DNA of 64,000 nucleotides from Thalia democratica (taxonomy: Eukaryota), in contig OZ241828.1 in assembly GCA_965202585.1 (NCBI GenBank), positions 28,210,001-28,274,000 of the forward strand, read 5' to 3'. The position numbers and the translations under genes were made by a program. The notes beneath the pieces are model-generated. The model was not told where the DNA came from. It did no database searches and saw only the letters and a program-made list of their open reading frames with translations. Below are positions 10,676-24,545 of the stretch, one piece after another. Position 1 is the first letter of the stretch, and every line of letters begins with the position of its first letter.

Positions 10676-13280
10676 GCCTAAACACAATATACAATACGCA
10701 AACGGTTCAAACCAATTTTTTGAATGTTTTTGTACGTTATAAACTTCTGATAAATATTTTTGAAGGTGTTGGTTTCAATCAATACTACATGTTTATTTTT
10801 TTAAATTGTTGAAACTTTTACTATTGTAGCTAAATAGTTTTCTGTTTAATAAACCACTGTTACTAAGTTATTAAAACTAAAACTTCAAACTGTTTTATAA
10901 TTCCAATAAAACGTCTCTAGTGCCTGTAATTTCATACAATAAAATTGCCTAAAACTTTAGCTTTCATTCATAAATAGTAACATTTTACAAATCTAAATTG
11001 AAATATTTATGGTCACAGTACCTGTGCAATTTTGAAACCACTTGTAAAAGTGGTAAAAGTAGAAACTCATTTATTTAAAAAACAGAAAATGATAAAAAAC
11101 CTTTTTCTACTGAAAATAAATATATATATATCAGTGTAAAATATTCAATAGTTAGTCACTTTTCAACTAGTTATTGTTATTATGTTAAATGTTTGTATAA
11201 GAAGTTGTGTCTCCTTTTAACAAAAATATAATTTAAACATTTCCAAGCATCATTTTTTCTTAGTAGAAACTTAATTCTGTTTATACATAAGAAATATAAA
11301 CTTAGTTAGATGTTTAATTTTAAATTAAATATTCAATATATTGCTACTTAAAAGGCAACATAGTATTTAAAGCTTATTTCTCTTAAAATATTTATAATAA
11401 TTTGAACATTTTGTAAAACTGACAAAAAAAAAGCAACACAGTTTTTCTAGTATTTAAGAAAGCATTATTTATTAGTATTTTCCAAAACAAACTTACCCTT
11501 TAGCATTCATCAAAAATTGAAAAATTTTAAATTGCTATAAATTTTCTTTATGTTTTTTTTTTTAATTAGAAAAGTTTTATTGAAAACTAGATTTGAAAGT
11601 CTATTTATAAGAACTAGATTAGTAGTAGATAAATCTAAATAAATAATTTTTTTATCAGTTAAAAATTACTAATAAAGACTAAATGTTTTTTTATTTAATC
11701 AAAAGCTTTATTAATTTAAGGTTACAAAACTTTAGTTATAACAAAACAGTTATATTTTTTATTATATATTTTTTTGTAATTAATTTTTAATGCTTTATAA
11801 TAATATCATAAGATCATCACTTTATTCACTTTAAAACAAAAACTTTTAGTAATTCTCATAAATAACTGATATTAACTGACTTAAACTAATACTTAAGCAT
11901 TCTTAAGAGTTGAGTTAAAATGCCTCTAGTGTCACTAATTGCATAAAAGTAATTGAGTAAAATTTTAGTTTTTGTTAATATCTAGTCAGTAATTAAAATA
12001 TCTATTGTTGCATTATTCGAAATTTAACTTCTTACTAATTTTGAAACCACTTATAAAAGTGGTAAAATAAAATCTTATGTAATTATATATATAGAGAAAC
12101 GTTTTCAAAACACGTCTTTTACCGTTAATAATTAATGAGGCAAAATATATTAAACACTAGTTATTTTTAAATCCAAAAATAATATAACATAACTTTTCAA
12201 AATAAAAAAAGTGAATCTTTTCCTTACCATAGTTCAATAAATTAATAGACTAAAAATAATAAGTAAACACTAAACCGCAATCATTTTTTTTTTGTACACT
12301 TGTATCTGAATCAATTAAATCTTTCTTTTTTTTGTCAGTGTATTTGTCAAGAAATTTTAGAAACTTACTGATTTTTTGTCGGCATATTGTAGATTTTTAT
12401 ACTGACCAGCCTAATTAAATATGAATCAAAATATTATTGCTGGAGAAATCAAGTCTTATTGGTTACAATTATTTTTTTATGTCGACCAAACAGGATTGGC
12501 AGTACTCAGCCTAAACGAGTTACCACTCTCAGATACATGATTAAGTGTTATAACAAAGAGGACCAAAGTTGAAATGAAAAAATGTTTTTACTGCTATTTA
12601 CATGCCAGTTTAAATTCTCATATAAATATGAAAGGGCCTACATTTTGAAAACTTGTTCAAATCTTATAACGTTTTAAATACTCATGTCTAATCAGTAAGA
12701 CTATGATTGTGAAAAATACTCTAAATTATGTTTTAGTTAGATTACTTACAATAACACACAGCTACTTGAATTTTATTGCATCCGTTACTTATCAATAAAA
12801 GTTTTGCTAATCAGAATTTTTTGAAATTCAAAAAAGTCTCGGGATAAATCAGGATATTTTGAATTTTTTTTAAACTCGAAAAGCTTAGAAAAATCTCAGG
12901 ACTATTTCGAAACTTTGTTATTCTATATAGCCAATTTACTAAGAAATGCTTATATAAAAGTTTTTTTCACTTAACGTAGAAGTTACACTGTATTTTTTTA
13001 ATTTTTATTGAAAATTACTTTTATCATGGTTTAAGATTATATTAAACAGTATGTTTAACTATAATTCAAGTGAGTGCTTTATGTGGTAAGATTAAAGTTA
13101 GTCAAAAATAAAACTATTTTCTGTCATATATAATGTAAACTAACAGTTATCGACAATTTTTGTTTTTAAACCTCAATTAATCAAAACTTTTATCGTTTTA
13201 TCTTAGAAAAAGTACACCTCATAAGTTTAGTGAATGTTATACACCTGCAACCTTTCTTATATTTATTGAGAACAAAAATG

Positions 13281-13495
13281 AACGTCCTAGTGGATTTACA
13301 ATCTCCCTCTGAAAAAACGACCAATCCTTACAAGGTTTACAATCTAATGCACATCGCGCTAACAAGAGTGCTAGCGGCTAATCTCATTCTTATATACTTG
13401 CGTAGTCGTCTCCATAAACAGCGACCACCGGGACTCGGACTCTGGACGTAGGGCCAGCAGTCGCAGAGGCAGACCGCTGGGCCATACAGGCGCCC
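13281..13495 (-). mobile_element. tRNA-derived SINE-like element with intact head (copy 2)
   Basis: Minus strand reads GGGCGCCTGTA-TGGCCCAGCGG (A-box, 13484-13474), 31 nt, GAGTCCGAGTCC (B-box-like, 13442-13431). This is pol III type-2 promoter spacing. Confidence 0.65.
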
Positions 13496-13720
13496 GTCTG
13501 TCTACTCTAATTACAATACATAAACCATCAATTTTCAAGAATCACTGTAAAAAAGTTTCATTGCAATTAAAAACCACAAATAAAAAGCATAAGGTTTTAT
13601 ATAAATATTGTGTGAAAAAAAGGAATTACTATTTAGAAACAGATCTTCAAAGAACAAAAAAGTTGGCGCTGGACAGCCTGCCTGTTTGATTTCGGCTGCC
13701 GATCCTGCGTACCAAGTTCA

Positions 13721-13901
13721 CGTCCTAGTGGATTTACAATCTCCTTCTGAAAATCGACCAATCCTTACAAGGTTTACAATCTAATGAAGATCGCGCTAAC
13801 AAGAGTGCTGGCGGCTAGTTGCAATTTTATATACTTGCGTAGTCGTCCACATAAAGAGCGACCACCGGGACTCGGACTCTGGACGCAGGGCCAGCAGTCG
13901 C
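13721..13901 (-). mobile_element. tRNA-derived SINE-like element, 5'-truncated copy 3
   Basis: Homologous to copies 1 and 2; truncated at the same point as copy 1 (gcagtcgc|aaaaacaaaccacaat). Confidence 0.6.
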
Positions 13902-13914
13902 AAAAACAAACCAC

Positions 13915-16900
13915 AATGATGTTCAAGAATAGTAAAGTAACTATGATCATAAAGACGATTATCAGAGTAAGTTAGGTAACTATGATCCCAAAGACCAGTG
14001 TTGTTAAGAAAACTAAGAGTATTAAGAGGACGACTAAAATTGTTTACAAAACTATAAGCATCAAGAAAATGACCAAGGTTGTTAAGGTAATTATAAACAT
14101 CAAGAGAACAACCTGGGTTGGTAAGAAAATATTAGCATCACGAGGTATTTAGGGTTGTTAAGGTAACTATGAGTGCTTTGAGGATGACAAAAGATACTAA
14201 GATAACTATATACATCTAGAAGATGACCAGGGTCGCTAAGTAAACTATTAGAATCAAGAGGATGGTAAGGATTGGTAAGAAAACAATAAACATCAAGAGT
14301 ATAATTACGGTTTTTAATGAAACTTTGAATTGTCAATAAGATGACCAGGGTTGTAAAGGAAACTATGGTGATCAAAAGAAGTATGATCATCAAAAAATGA
14401 CAAGAGTTGTTATGGTAATTACGATCATCGAGAAGATAATCAGAGTTGTCAGGGAAACTATGATTATCAAGAGGATGACTAGGGTCGTTAATGTAACTAT
14501 GATCACCAAGAGGATGAACATAGTTGTTAAGGTAACTACGATTACTAAGTGAAAAACCGGGATGGTAAAAAAACTTTGATCACCGCGAGGATGATCAGTT
14601 TTAAAGAAACTATGGTTGTCAAGAAGATGAAAAAACCTTTTATTATCAACAGGGTGACAAAGAATGGTAAGGTAACTAACATCAACAAGAGTATGACCAA
14701 GGATGGTAAGGTAATTGTCATATTTTAGAGGATGATCAGGGTTGTCAAGGTAACTATGATCATCAAGACGAAGACCAGGGTTGTAAGGTAACAATGATAT
14801 CAAGATGATGACCAGGGTCGTCAATGTAACTATGATCTTTAAGCGGATTATCGGGTTGTTATTGTAACTAATATAATCAAAATGATGACCAACGTTGTTA
14901 AGGTAACTATGATTACCAAGATGATGACCATGGTTGTTCGGTAACTCTGAGTATTGTAAATATAATAAAGGTTGTTATGGTAACTATGATCATCAAGAGG
15001 ATGACCAAGGTTGTCAAAGTAACTATAAGCATTAAGAGGATAACCATGGTTGCTAAGGTAACTATGATCATCAAGAGTATGAAAGGGGTTATCAATGTAA
15101 TTATGAACACCAAGAGGATGAACATAGTTGTTAAGGTAACTAGATCACCGATCGAATGATCAGGGTTGTCAGATAACTATTATCAACAAGAGAATGATCA
15201 GGGCTGTTAAGATAAATAAGATTACCTAGAGAATGATCAGGAATGTTAGGGAAACAATGATAACCAAGAGAATCATCAGGTTGTTAAGGTAACTATGTCC
15301 GCCAAGATAATGATCAGGGTTGTTAAGGTAAATATGATAACCAAGATTATGATCAGGCTAGTAAAGATATGTATAATAACAAAGAGTATGATTGAGTTAT
15401 TAAAGTAACTATAATCAACATGAGAATGATCAGGGTATTTAATGTAATTAAGATCACAAAGAATGAGCAGGTTTGTTAAAGTAACCTTGATAACCAAGAG
15501 AATGATCAGGAATAATAAGATAACTATGATCACCAATAGCATGATCAGGGTTGTTAAGGAAACTATGATCACCAAGAGATGAAACTTGGTTGTTAAGGAA
15601 ACTATGATAACCAAGAGTGTGATCAGGGTTTTTAGTACACTATGATCAACAAAAAATGATTAGGGTTGTTTAGGTAAATATGACCACCAAGAGGATGATC
15701 ATGAATGTTAAGGAAACTGTGATCACCAAGAGAAGAATCAGGTTTGTAATTATGATAACCAATTCAATGATCAATGTTGTTAAGTCAACAATAATCATGC
15801 AGCGAAAGATCTGGATTGTAAAGGAATCTTTGATCAACAAGAAAATAATTAGGTTTATTAAGGAAATTATGATCACCAAAACAGTGATCAAGTTTACCAA
15901 GGGAACAACTATCATCTAGCAAATGATTAGATTTGCTAACATTACACATTTCCATAGCTAATTTCATAACACTGTGATCACCAAGATGATGACCATGGTT
16001 ATTTGGTAACTCTGAGTATTGTAATTATAATAAATGTTGTTAAAGTAATTAAGGTCACCAATAGAATGATCAGGTTAGTTAAGGTAACCTTGATAACAAA
16101 GAGAATTATCAGGTAAGATAAGGTAACTATGATCACCAAGAGTATGAACAGGGTTGTTAATGTAACAATCATCATCAAGCGTATGATAAGGGTTGTTAAG
16201 GTAACTATGATTACCAGGAGAATTATCAGGTTTGTTAAGGTTAATATGAAACCAGAGGATGATTAGATTTGTTAAGGTAACTATTATCACCAAGAGCTTG
16301 ATAAGAGTTGTTGAGGAAACTATGATCAGTGAGAGAATGATCAGGTTGTTAAGGTAAATATGATAACCAAGATTATGATCAGGCTAGTAAAGATATGTAT
16401 AATAACAAAGAGTATGATTGAGTTATTAAAGTAACTATAATCAACATGAGAATGATCAGGGTATTTAATGTAATTAAGATCACAAAGAATGAGCAGGTTT
16501 GTTAAAGTAACCTTGATAACCAAGAGAATGATCAGGAATAATAAGATAACTATGATCACCAATAGCATGATCAGGGTTGTTAAGGAAACTATGATCACCA
16601 AGAGATGAAACTTGGTTGTTAAGGAAACTATGATAACCAAGAGTGTGATCAGGGTTTTTAGTACACTATGATCAACAAAAAATGATTAGGGTTGTTTAGG
16701 TAAATATGACCACCAAGAGGATGATCATGAATGTTAAGGAAACTGTGATCACCAAGAGAAGAATCAGGTTTGTAATTATGATAACCAATTCAATGATCAA
16801 TGTTGTTAAGTCAACAATAATCATGCAGCGAAAGATCTGGATTGTAAAGGAATCTTTGATCAACAAGAAAATAATTAGGTTTATTAAGGAAATTATGATC

Positions 16901-18975
16901 ACCAAAACAGTGAACAAGTTTACCAAGGGAACAACTATCATCTAGCAAATGATTAGATTTGCTAACATTACACATTTCCATAGCTAATTTCATAACACTG
17001 TGATCACCAAGATGATGACCATGGTTATTTGGTAACTCTGAGTATTGTAATTATAATAAATGTTGTTAAAGTAATTAAGGTCACCAATAGAATGATCAGG
17101 TTAGTTAAGGTAACCTTGATAACAAAGAGAATTATCAGGTAAGATAAGGTAACTATGATCACCAAGAGTATGAACAGGGTTGTTAATGTAACAATCATCA
17201 TCAAGCGTATGATAAGGGTTGTTAAGGTAACTATGATTACCAGGAGAATTATCAGGTTTGTTAAGGTTAATATGAAACCAGAGGATGATTAGATTTGTTA
17301 AGGTAACTATTATCACCAAGAGCTTGATAAGAGTTGTTGAGGAAACTATGATCAGTGAGAGAATGATCAGGTTGTTAAGGTAACAATGATGATCAAACGA
17401 ATGATCAGGTTAGTTAAGGCAACATTGATAACCAAAAGAATGATCAAGTTTATTAAGGTAACAATGATGATCGAACAAATGATCAGGTTAGTTAAGGCAA
17501 CAATGATCATCGAGCGAATCATTAGCTTTGTAACATAACAATAATCACTAAGAGAATGATGAGATTTGTTATAGTAACTATAATCACCATGAGGATGATC
17601 CGGAATGTTAAGGAATCTATGTTTACCAAGAGGATGATCAGGGTATTTAATGTAATTAAGAACACAAAGAATGATTAGGTAGTTTATGAGTGTTAGGGAA
17701 ACTGTGATCACCAAGAGAAGAATCAGGTTTGAAATTATATTAACCAATATAATAATAAATGTTGTTAAGTCAACAATAATTATGCAGCGAAGGTCAGGAT
17801 TGTTAAGGAATCTATGATCACCAACAAAATTATGAGGTTTGTTAAGGAAACTATATCACCAAAAGAATGATCATGTTTGTCAAGGTAAAAATTATCATCG
17901 TGCGATTGATCAGGTTTGCTTATATAACAATGATAACCATGAGAATGTTTAGGGTTGTTAAGGTAACTGTTGTCACCAAGAGCGTGATAAGTGTTGTTAA
18001 GAAAACTATGATTACCAAGAAAATGATCAAAGTTGTTAAGGTTACTATGGTCAACATGAGAATGATCAGGTATGATAAAGTAACTATGATCTCCATTAGT
18101 ATGATCAGGATTACTAAGGTAACTATGATCACCAAGAAAATGGTCAGGGTTGTTAAGGTAAGAATCATCATCCATCATATGATAAGGATTGTTACGGTAA
18201 TTATGATCATCAAGAGAATAATCAGATTGTTAAGGTTAATGTGATCACTAAGAAATTTGTCAGGGTTGTTAAGGTTACTATTATCATCAAGGGGATGACC
18301 GAAGTTCGTAATATAAATATGTTCATTAAAAAGATGAACAGGGTCGGTAAGGAAACTATGATTAAAAAGAGAATAATCAGGGTTGTTAAGGAATCTATAA
18401 TTACCAAGAAAATAATCAGGGTTGTTAAGGTAACTATGATCTCCATTAGCATGATTAGGATTACTAAGGTAGTTATGATCACCAAGAGAATGATCAGGGT
18501 TGTTAAGGTAACTATGATCACCTAAAGGATGATAAGAGTTGTTAACGAAACTATGATCACCAAGAGAACGCTCACGGTTGTTAAAGTAAATATGATCATC
18601 AAGAGAATAATCAGATTGTTAAGGTTAATATGATCACTTAGAAGATTATCAGGGTTGTTAAGGTTACTATTATCATCAAGGGGATAACTAAGGTTGTTAA
18701 TATAACTATGATCATCAATAAAATAACCACATATTGTAAGGTAACTATATTAAAAAAAAGAGAATAATAAGGGTTGTTAAGGTAATTATGATCAACAAGA
18801 GGATGATCAGGGTTTTTAAGTTAACAAAGATCTTTAAAGGATGACCAAGGTTTTTAAGGAAAGCATGATTATTAAGAGGATTACCAAGGGTAATAAAAAA
18901 CTACGAGTACTTAGAGGATGATCAGGGTTGTTAAGGTAACTATTAGCATTAAAAAGATGACCAGTGATGTTAAGG
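13915..18975 (+). repeat. 39-bp minisatellite array 2, about 5 kb (roughly 130 units), with an internal 1026-bp near-perfect tandem duplication
   Basis: Consensus repeats throughout. 15318-16343 is repeated at 16344-17369; paired ORFs in the track are offset by exactly 1026. Confidence 0.95.
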
Positions 18976-19769
18976 AGTATTTATTATACCACTTTTACAA
19001 GTGGTTTTAAAATTTGCAGATATTGCAGTCAAATTAAATTTAACTTGTATGTTTATATTAAAGATTATCTATATACAAACATAAATTATACACTTATTAT
19101 GTTTGCAAATAGTTCTACCAGTTTGATCACTATTCTTGAGCAGTTTTAGGTTTATTTTGTTAATAGTGTAATGACAGTGCAAAATTCCTTGCATTGTCAT
19201 TGTTTTGAAGAATATTTAGAGTTAGATACGCTTCAATGCACAAGCCAATGAGAATCATCTGATGTAATGTTGAAAATAAAATACTGATGTAACGGGGCGT
19301 CAAGGGTGATAGGCAGTTTCATACAAGCAGTGAGTTTAGTTTTGATGTGCAGCTGGAAGCAACAACAGATATCTTGAACTTTTGTGAATGCTCATTGTAA
19401 GTATTGTTTTGTTTTAAAAGTGAATATTTTAACTGTGTTTAATTGTTTAAGTATTTAAGCCAGGTTTATAATTTAAAAGTTTGTTAACCTTTTAAAGTAT
19501 CTTGTCTACTAAATGTTTTATTTAATTTTTAGTTTATTGTTTTAAGTCTTTTGATTTAGATTTAAATAGCTTGTAGTTTTTAAAAAGTTTGTAATAGTAA
19601 TTTATAATTTTGTATATGCTAGTCTTTCTTGTTGTGTTTTATATAAAAGATTTATCACTTAAAACTGTCTGTCTACTTTATATAAAGTAGCCTAGAGTAG
19701 TATTTAGTGTTTTATATATGTTGTCCACTGATAATTACAAATTAGCACTTATAAATTAGTTATAGTACT

Positions 19770-19958
19770 ATGTCCAACTTAGATAATATTAATGATAAGT
19801 TGCCTGCAGCGGTTCCTGAAAATAAGCCTGTTAAAAGGTCACCCCGGTTGCAGGAAAAGTATGGACAAAAATGTCAGGTTGACAATCTGTCCACAAATGA
19901 GGCTTTAGAGGTTGGGCCACCAACATCGATAGCCCACAATAACATAAATCTTAACTAA
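19770..19958 (+). pseudogene. Short coding-like fragment (PVKRSPRLQEK), possibly a retroelement remnant; paralog at 42027-42248
   Basis: GC-richer, codon-like sequence; the two copies differ by indels. The RRSPRL-type motif resembles C-terminal tails of LTR-retrotransposon pol proteins (weak). Confidence 0.2.
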
Positions 19959-22900
19959 GTGTTAAAAAAATTCATTTTATTTACATATATATATTAAGAC
20001 CTGCTAAGTTGTTTTTTTTTTTTAGTATTGAATTAATTAAAGTCCCCGATATCCAAACATTTTCAAATGACTAGAACTAAAACTAGAGTACGATTATGAT
20101 TCGCCTTAAAAGTCAAATTAATTGTCTTAATAATCAATAAATAAATGAGTAATTAATTTTTGGTAATGATCACTAAGATTAATCATTAAACTTTCTTAGA
20201 TATATTATAATAGTCTTTTAAAGCAATTAGTAGTGGTCTCTAAGTAAAACGTGTGTTTAATATTTTTTCTATTAATTTAAGTTGCGATAATGCATATATA
20301 ACAAAGAAAAATCTTTTATAATATGTTCACTCACTTGTTATTTTGAGATTTTTTTTAGTTTATATTTTGTTTGATTTGAGGTGCAGTGTGATTTTTTAGT
20401 CACTGATTTTTGCTGTTTAATGATATGTAGAAAGATCAGCAGGGACCTTGTTGTTTGTACTGAATAAGAACCAACCCTTGTCATTTTTCATTTTCCTCAC
20501 CAACCCTTTTCATTCATTATATATTCAAAAATATATATCAAAGTTATTTGAATTTTGATTTAAATGTAAACTGACTTTTAATAGCATATAAAAAAATGTT
20601 TTAGTTCTTCAATTGAAACAATTTAAAGGTTTTACAATTTAATAAAATTTTAACAAGCATACAAAAAATAGTTAACATGTATTTGAATTTGTTTGTCAGG
20701 TAGCAGCTATTGATAGAAAAACTTATAACATACGTATAGAAGTAATATCATTTTATAATTTTTTTAAGTGAAGTTTTTTGAAGAAATGCTTTTTGTAGTA
20801 TTGCCTAGAAGGCATTACATCTGTTTAAAGTTTCATAAATCCTTTTTGTTTTATTAGTTTTTTAAATCTAACTAAAGCTTTTATTATTAACTAGAAATAA
20901 AACTGCAAAAATATTAAAATTGCATCCAAATGCCTCTAGTGGTAAAATTAGTTTTACACAAAATGAGTGTTTAACTTTCAGTTTGTATATATGCATATGA
21001 GAGCACTGGTGAAAGAAAGTAAGTCAAAAATTTTTTTGATTACAGTATCTAGCAAATTTTAAAACCACTTGAAAAGTGGTAAAGCAAAGATTATAAAGTT
21101 AGAAATTATAAATATAAAAAAAACATATTTTAAGCTTTTTCACAATAAATAATTATTAAGTTGAATAAAAAAATTATAAGTTTAATATTTACATAATATA
21201 AAGATTTTTTCAAAATGTTATATTTTATATTATCATTCGTTTCTAAAGTTTAGAAACAACAATTTTTTTATAATAAAAGTCGTTACAAAATTTTTTAAAA
21301 AGTTCTATTGATTTTTTTTAAGTTTTAAATTAAATAAGTATAGCTTTTATTTATTAAATTTTATGCATAGCACAAAATAACTGGTGGTTCACTACTTTTT
21401 GATATGATAATCTGAAATAATCATTTATAAGTGTGACGTGAGTTTTATTACAGTTTGCAGTGTTTTTTAAGGCTGATAGATTTAAAACTAATTGAGTCCT
21501 GTTTTTAAAAAAACTTCTTATTTAATAAAATTTTAATTGGTAGTTTGTTTTTACAATCATAGATAGAATAATCTAAGTTTGTACTTAATTAAACTTATTA
21601 AATTAAGCTTAAATGATGAGTTTTAGTTTTGATATGCTAAAGAATATAAATTACAAGTTTAACTACACGATAAAATAAATTTTAAGAAAAACGTTTATAT
21701 ATATAAATTTGCAGAGATTTCAAGTGTACAATATGTAGTGATTTAGCTTGATCAGATCAATATTAGTAATAAAACTATTATGATACACTTTTTTTATTAA
21801 TGTTGGCTTTAAGTGATCTCTATAATTATGCTTTGAATCAGCTTTAAAAACTTACTGCACTATTAACTAAATCACTTATACTAATCAGATTAACTAAAAT
21901 ATATTTAAACGACAGTTGGTAAGAATCGTACTAACTTAGTAATAGAGTACTAACTAAAACATTACTAGCATTTTTGGTTTAGATTTAAACATAACTAATC
22001 ATTTTGCTAAAGTTTTCTATAAAAGAGTTTGATAGAAAAAATTTGTTTAAGGTTTTTGGTCACAGTTTGTATTTATGTTAGCAATTAAGAATAACTAAAT
22101 ATAGTTAAACATTTTATAACGTTTTGTTAAACAAGCCACGACTGAAACTACAAATACTTATTCAATTTGTAAAAATATCAAAAAAGGATGGTAATAAACC
22201 ACTGATTTTTATAAGATCTTTTTTTTCTTTTGGTGCATTAATTTAGCATGAAAATTGTAATTAGTCTTTAACTTACTTTGTTAAAATTTCCTTAACTACT
22301 AATACTTTAAACAAATACGTTGTATTTAGATTCATTATATGAAACATTTAGAACGTTATACTGTATAGATAAAGTTTAAATTATTATGTTTATGTCAACT
22401 TTAAAAGTAAATAAAATTTTAAACACTCGTTTTAGTCAAATAGAGCTTAAATTCATCTCAAATAATTGCAACTAAATATTAAAATATAGTTTTTGTAAGA
22501 AACTACTAAGTTTTAAAGTTTCTCAAAAAAATTTTACTACTTAAAATTGTTGTTGTTAATTCTATTATCAGTAAAAATTACAAGTAACTGAAGTTGATTT
22601 TTTGTTGCTAATAGATAATTATATTCTAGGTGACTACTTATCTAGAGTAAAACTAAGTCCATTATTATTTGACTAAAAATAAAACTTTGGCATGGTTAAG
22701 AGCTGAAATGAAATGCCTCTAGTGGCTATAGTTGCGCAGAAAATAATTGATAAAGTTCTAGTTTATACTCATATTTAGTCAGTATTTACAAGTTTTAAGT
22801 TAAATTTGTCGAATAGACAGTATCTGTGAAATTTTAAAACCATTTATACCAGTGGTAAATTAGAAACTCATTTAATTAAACAAATTGAAAACTGATAATG

Positions 22901-23747
22901 ATAAAATTCCTTGTTCTAATAATAAAAAGTAAATCAATGTAAAACATTCAGTGGGTGAAAACGCCTCTAGTGTCAGTAGTTGCATACAAAATAATTGAGT
23001 AAAATTTATGTTTATATTATTTTAAGTAAGTATTTATAAATTATATTTTGATTATGTCAATTAAACCTGTGTAAATTTTAAAAGCACTTTAAAAAGTGGT
23101 AAAATAGAAAACCTTGAAATTAAATGATTAGAAAATTAAATAATTTTTCTAAAATAATATTTTATAAATAACAAAATATACATTTGGTGATTAAGTGCTA
23201 TAGCTAATTTTTTTATTGAAGTTTTTTCTTTTTTATTATAGCCTTTACTTTTATATTATTCTGATGTTTAACGCTTTCTACGTTCATTAATAGTTCATTA
23301 TATTCTAGCTGACTACTAATCTATTAAAAAAGTCCATTAAAAAAATTGAATAAAGCTAAAATTTTGGCATAGTTAAGAGCTGCAATGAAATGCCTCTAGT
23401 GTCTATGGTCGTGCAAAAAAAAAGTTTATTAAAGTTTTTGTATTCATTTATAATTAGTCACTACTTAAAAGATTAAACTAAAATTTTTATGGTCACAGTA
23501 CCTGTGTAATTTTGAAACCACTTGTAAAAGTGGTATAGTAGAATCTCATTTAATTAAATAAACGGAAAATGATGAAAATCCTTTTTCTACTGATAATCAA
23601 TAAAACAATATAAAACATTCAGAGAGTAGTTTCGTTTTTTAACTACTTTTTTGTTTTTTTAATTGAAGGTGGAAATATTCTTTGCTTTTGCATTTTGTTA
23701 ATGTAAAATAACAGTAACCTGCTGCTTTCATTTTATAACAGATTTGA

Positions 23748-24545
23748 CCAGGTAACTATGATCACCAAGAAGTCATATTATTTGTTTAGGTAAAAATTAT
23801 CATCGAGCGTATAATCAGATTGTTAACATAACAATGTTCACGAAGAGAATGATCAGATTTGTTAAGGTAACTATTATCACCAAGAGAATGAAACTGTTTT
23901 TTGAGGTAAAAATTATCATCGAGCGTATGATCAGAGTTGTTCAAGTAACTATGATCACCAAGAGAATTATATTGTTTGTTAAGGTAACAATGATCATCAA
24001 AAAACTGATCAGGTTTGTCAGATAACTATTATTACCAATAAGAGGATCAGGGTTAATAAGGTCACCTATGATTTTGTTTGTTCGGGTAACATTGGTAACT
24101 AAAAGTATGATATGGTTTGTTAAGGCAACAATGGTACCGCGGATATGGTAAGGGTTGTTAAGGTAACTATGATCACCAAAAAACTGATCAGGTTTGTTCA
24201 GATAACTATTATTACCAATAAGAGGATCAGGGTTAATAAGGTCACCTATGATTTTGTTTGTTCGGGTAACATTGGTAACTAAAAGTATGATATGGTTTGT
24301 TAAGGCAACAATGGTACCGCGGATATAACAAGGGTTGTTAAGGTAACTATAATCGCCAAGAGAGTGATCAGGGTTGTTAAGGTAACTATGATCACCAAGA
24401 TAATGATCTGGGTTGTTATGGTAACCATGATTACCAAGGGATGATCAGGATTTTTAATGGAAGTATGATCATTAAAAGGAATTCCAAGGGTAATAAAAAA
24501 CTATGAGTACTAAGAGGATGATCTGGGAACTATGAGCACTCAGAG
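23748..24545 (+). repeat. 39-bp minisatellite array 3
   Basis: Consensus units; internal ~180-bp duplication (about 24000 vs 24180). Confidence 0.9.

Noticed and set aside
13915-18975. CRISPR array
   Set aside because: Units are contiguous with no unique spacers, there are no cas genes, and the context is intron-containing eukaryotic DNA.
21064-21090. Box B as a canonical Helitron 3' terminus
   Set aside because: There is no consistent CTRR about 11 nt downstream and no A|T target, and homology between copies continues about 150 bp beyond the hairpin.
23499-23512. Hydra spliced-leader gene (CCTGTGTAAT resembles the SL-B 3' end as I recall it)
   Set aside because: Only about 10 nt match, and there is no AAG|GT donor or Sm site after it.
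23494-23520. V(D)J-type recombination signal (CACAGTA...GAAACC)
   Set aside because: The heptamer is imperfect, the spacer is 10 rather than 12 or 23, the nonamer match is poor, and no RAG or Transib ORF is present.
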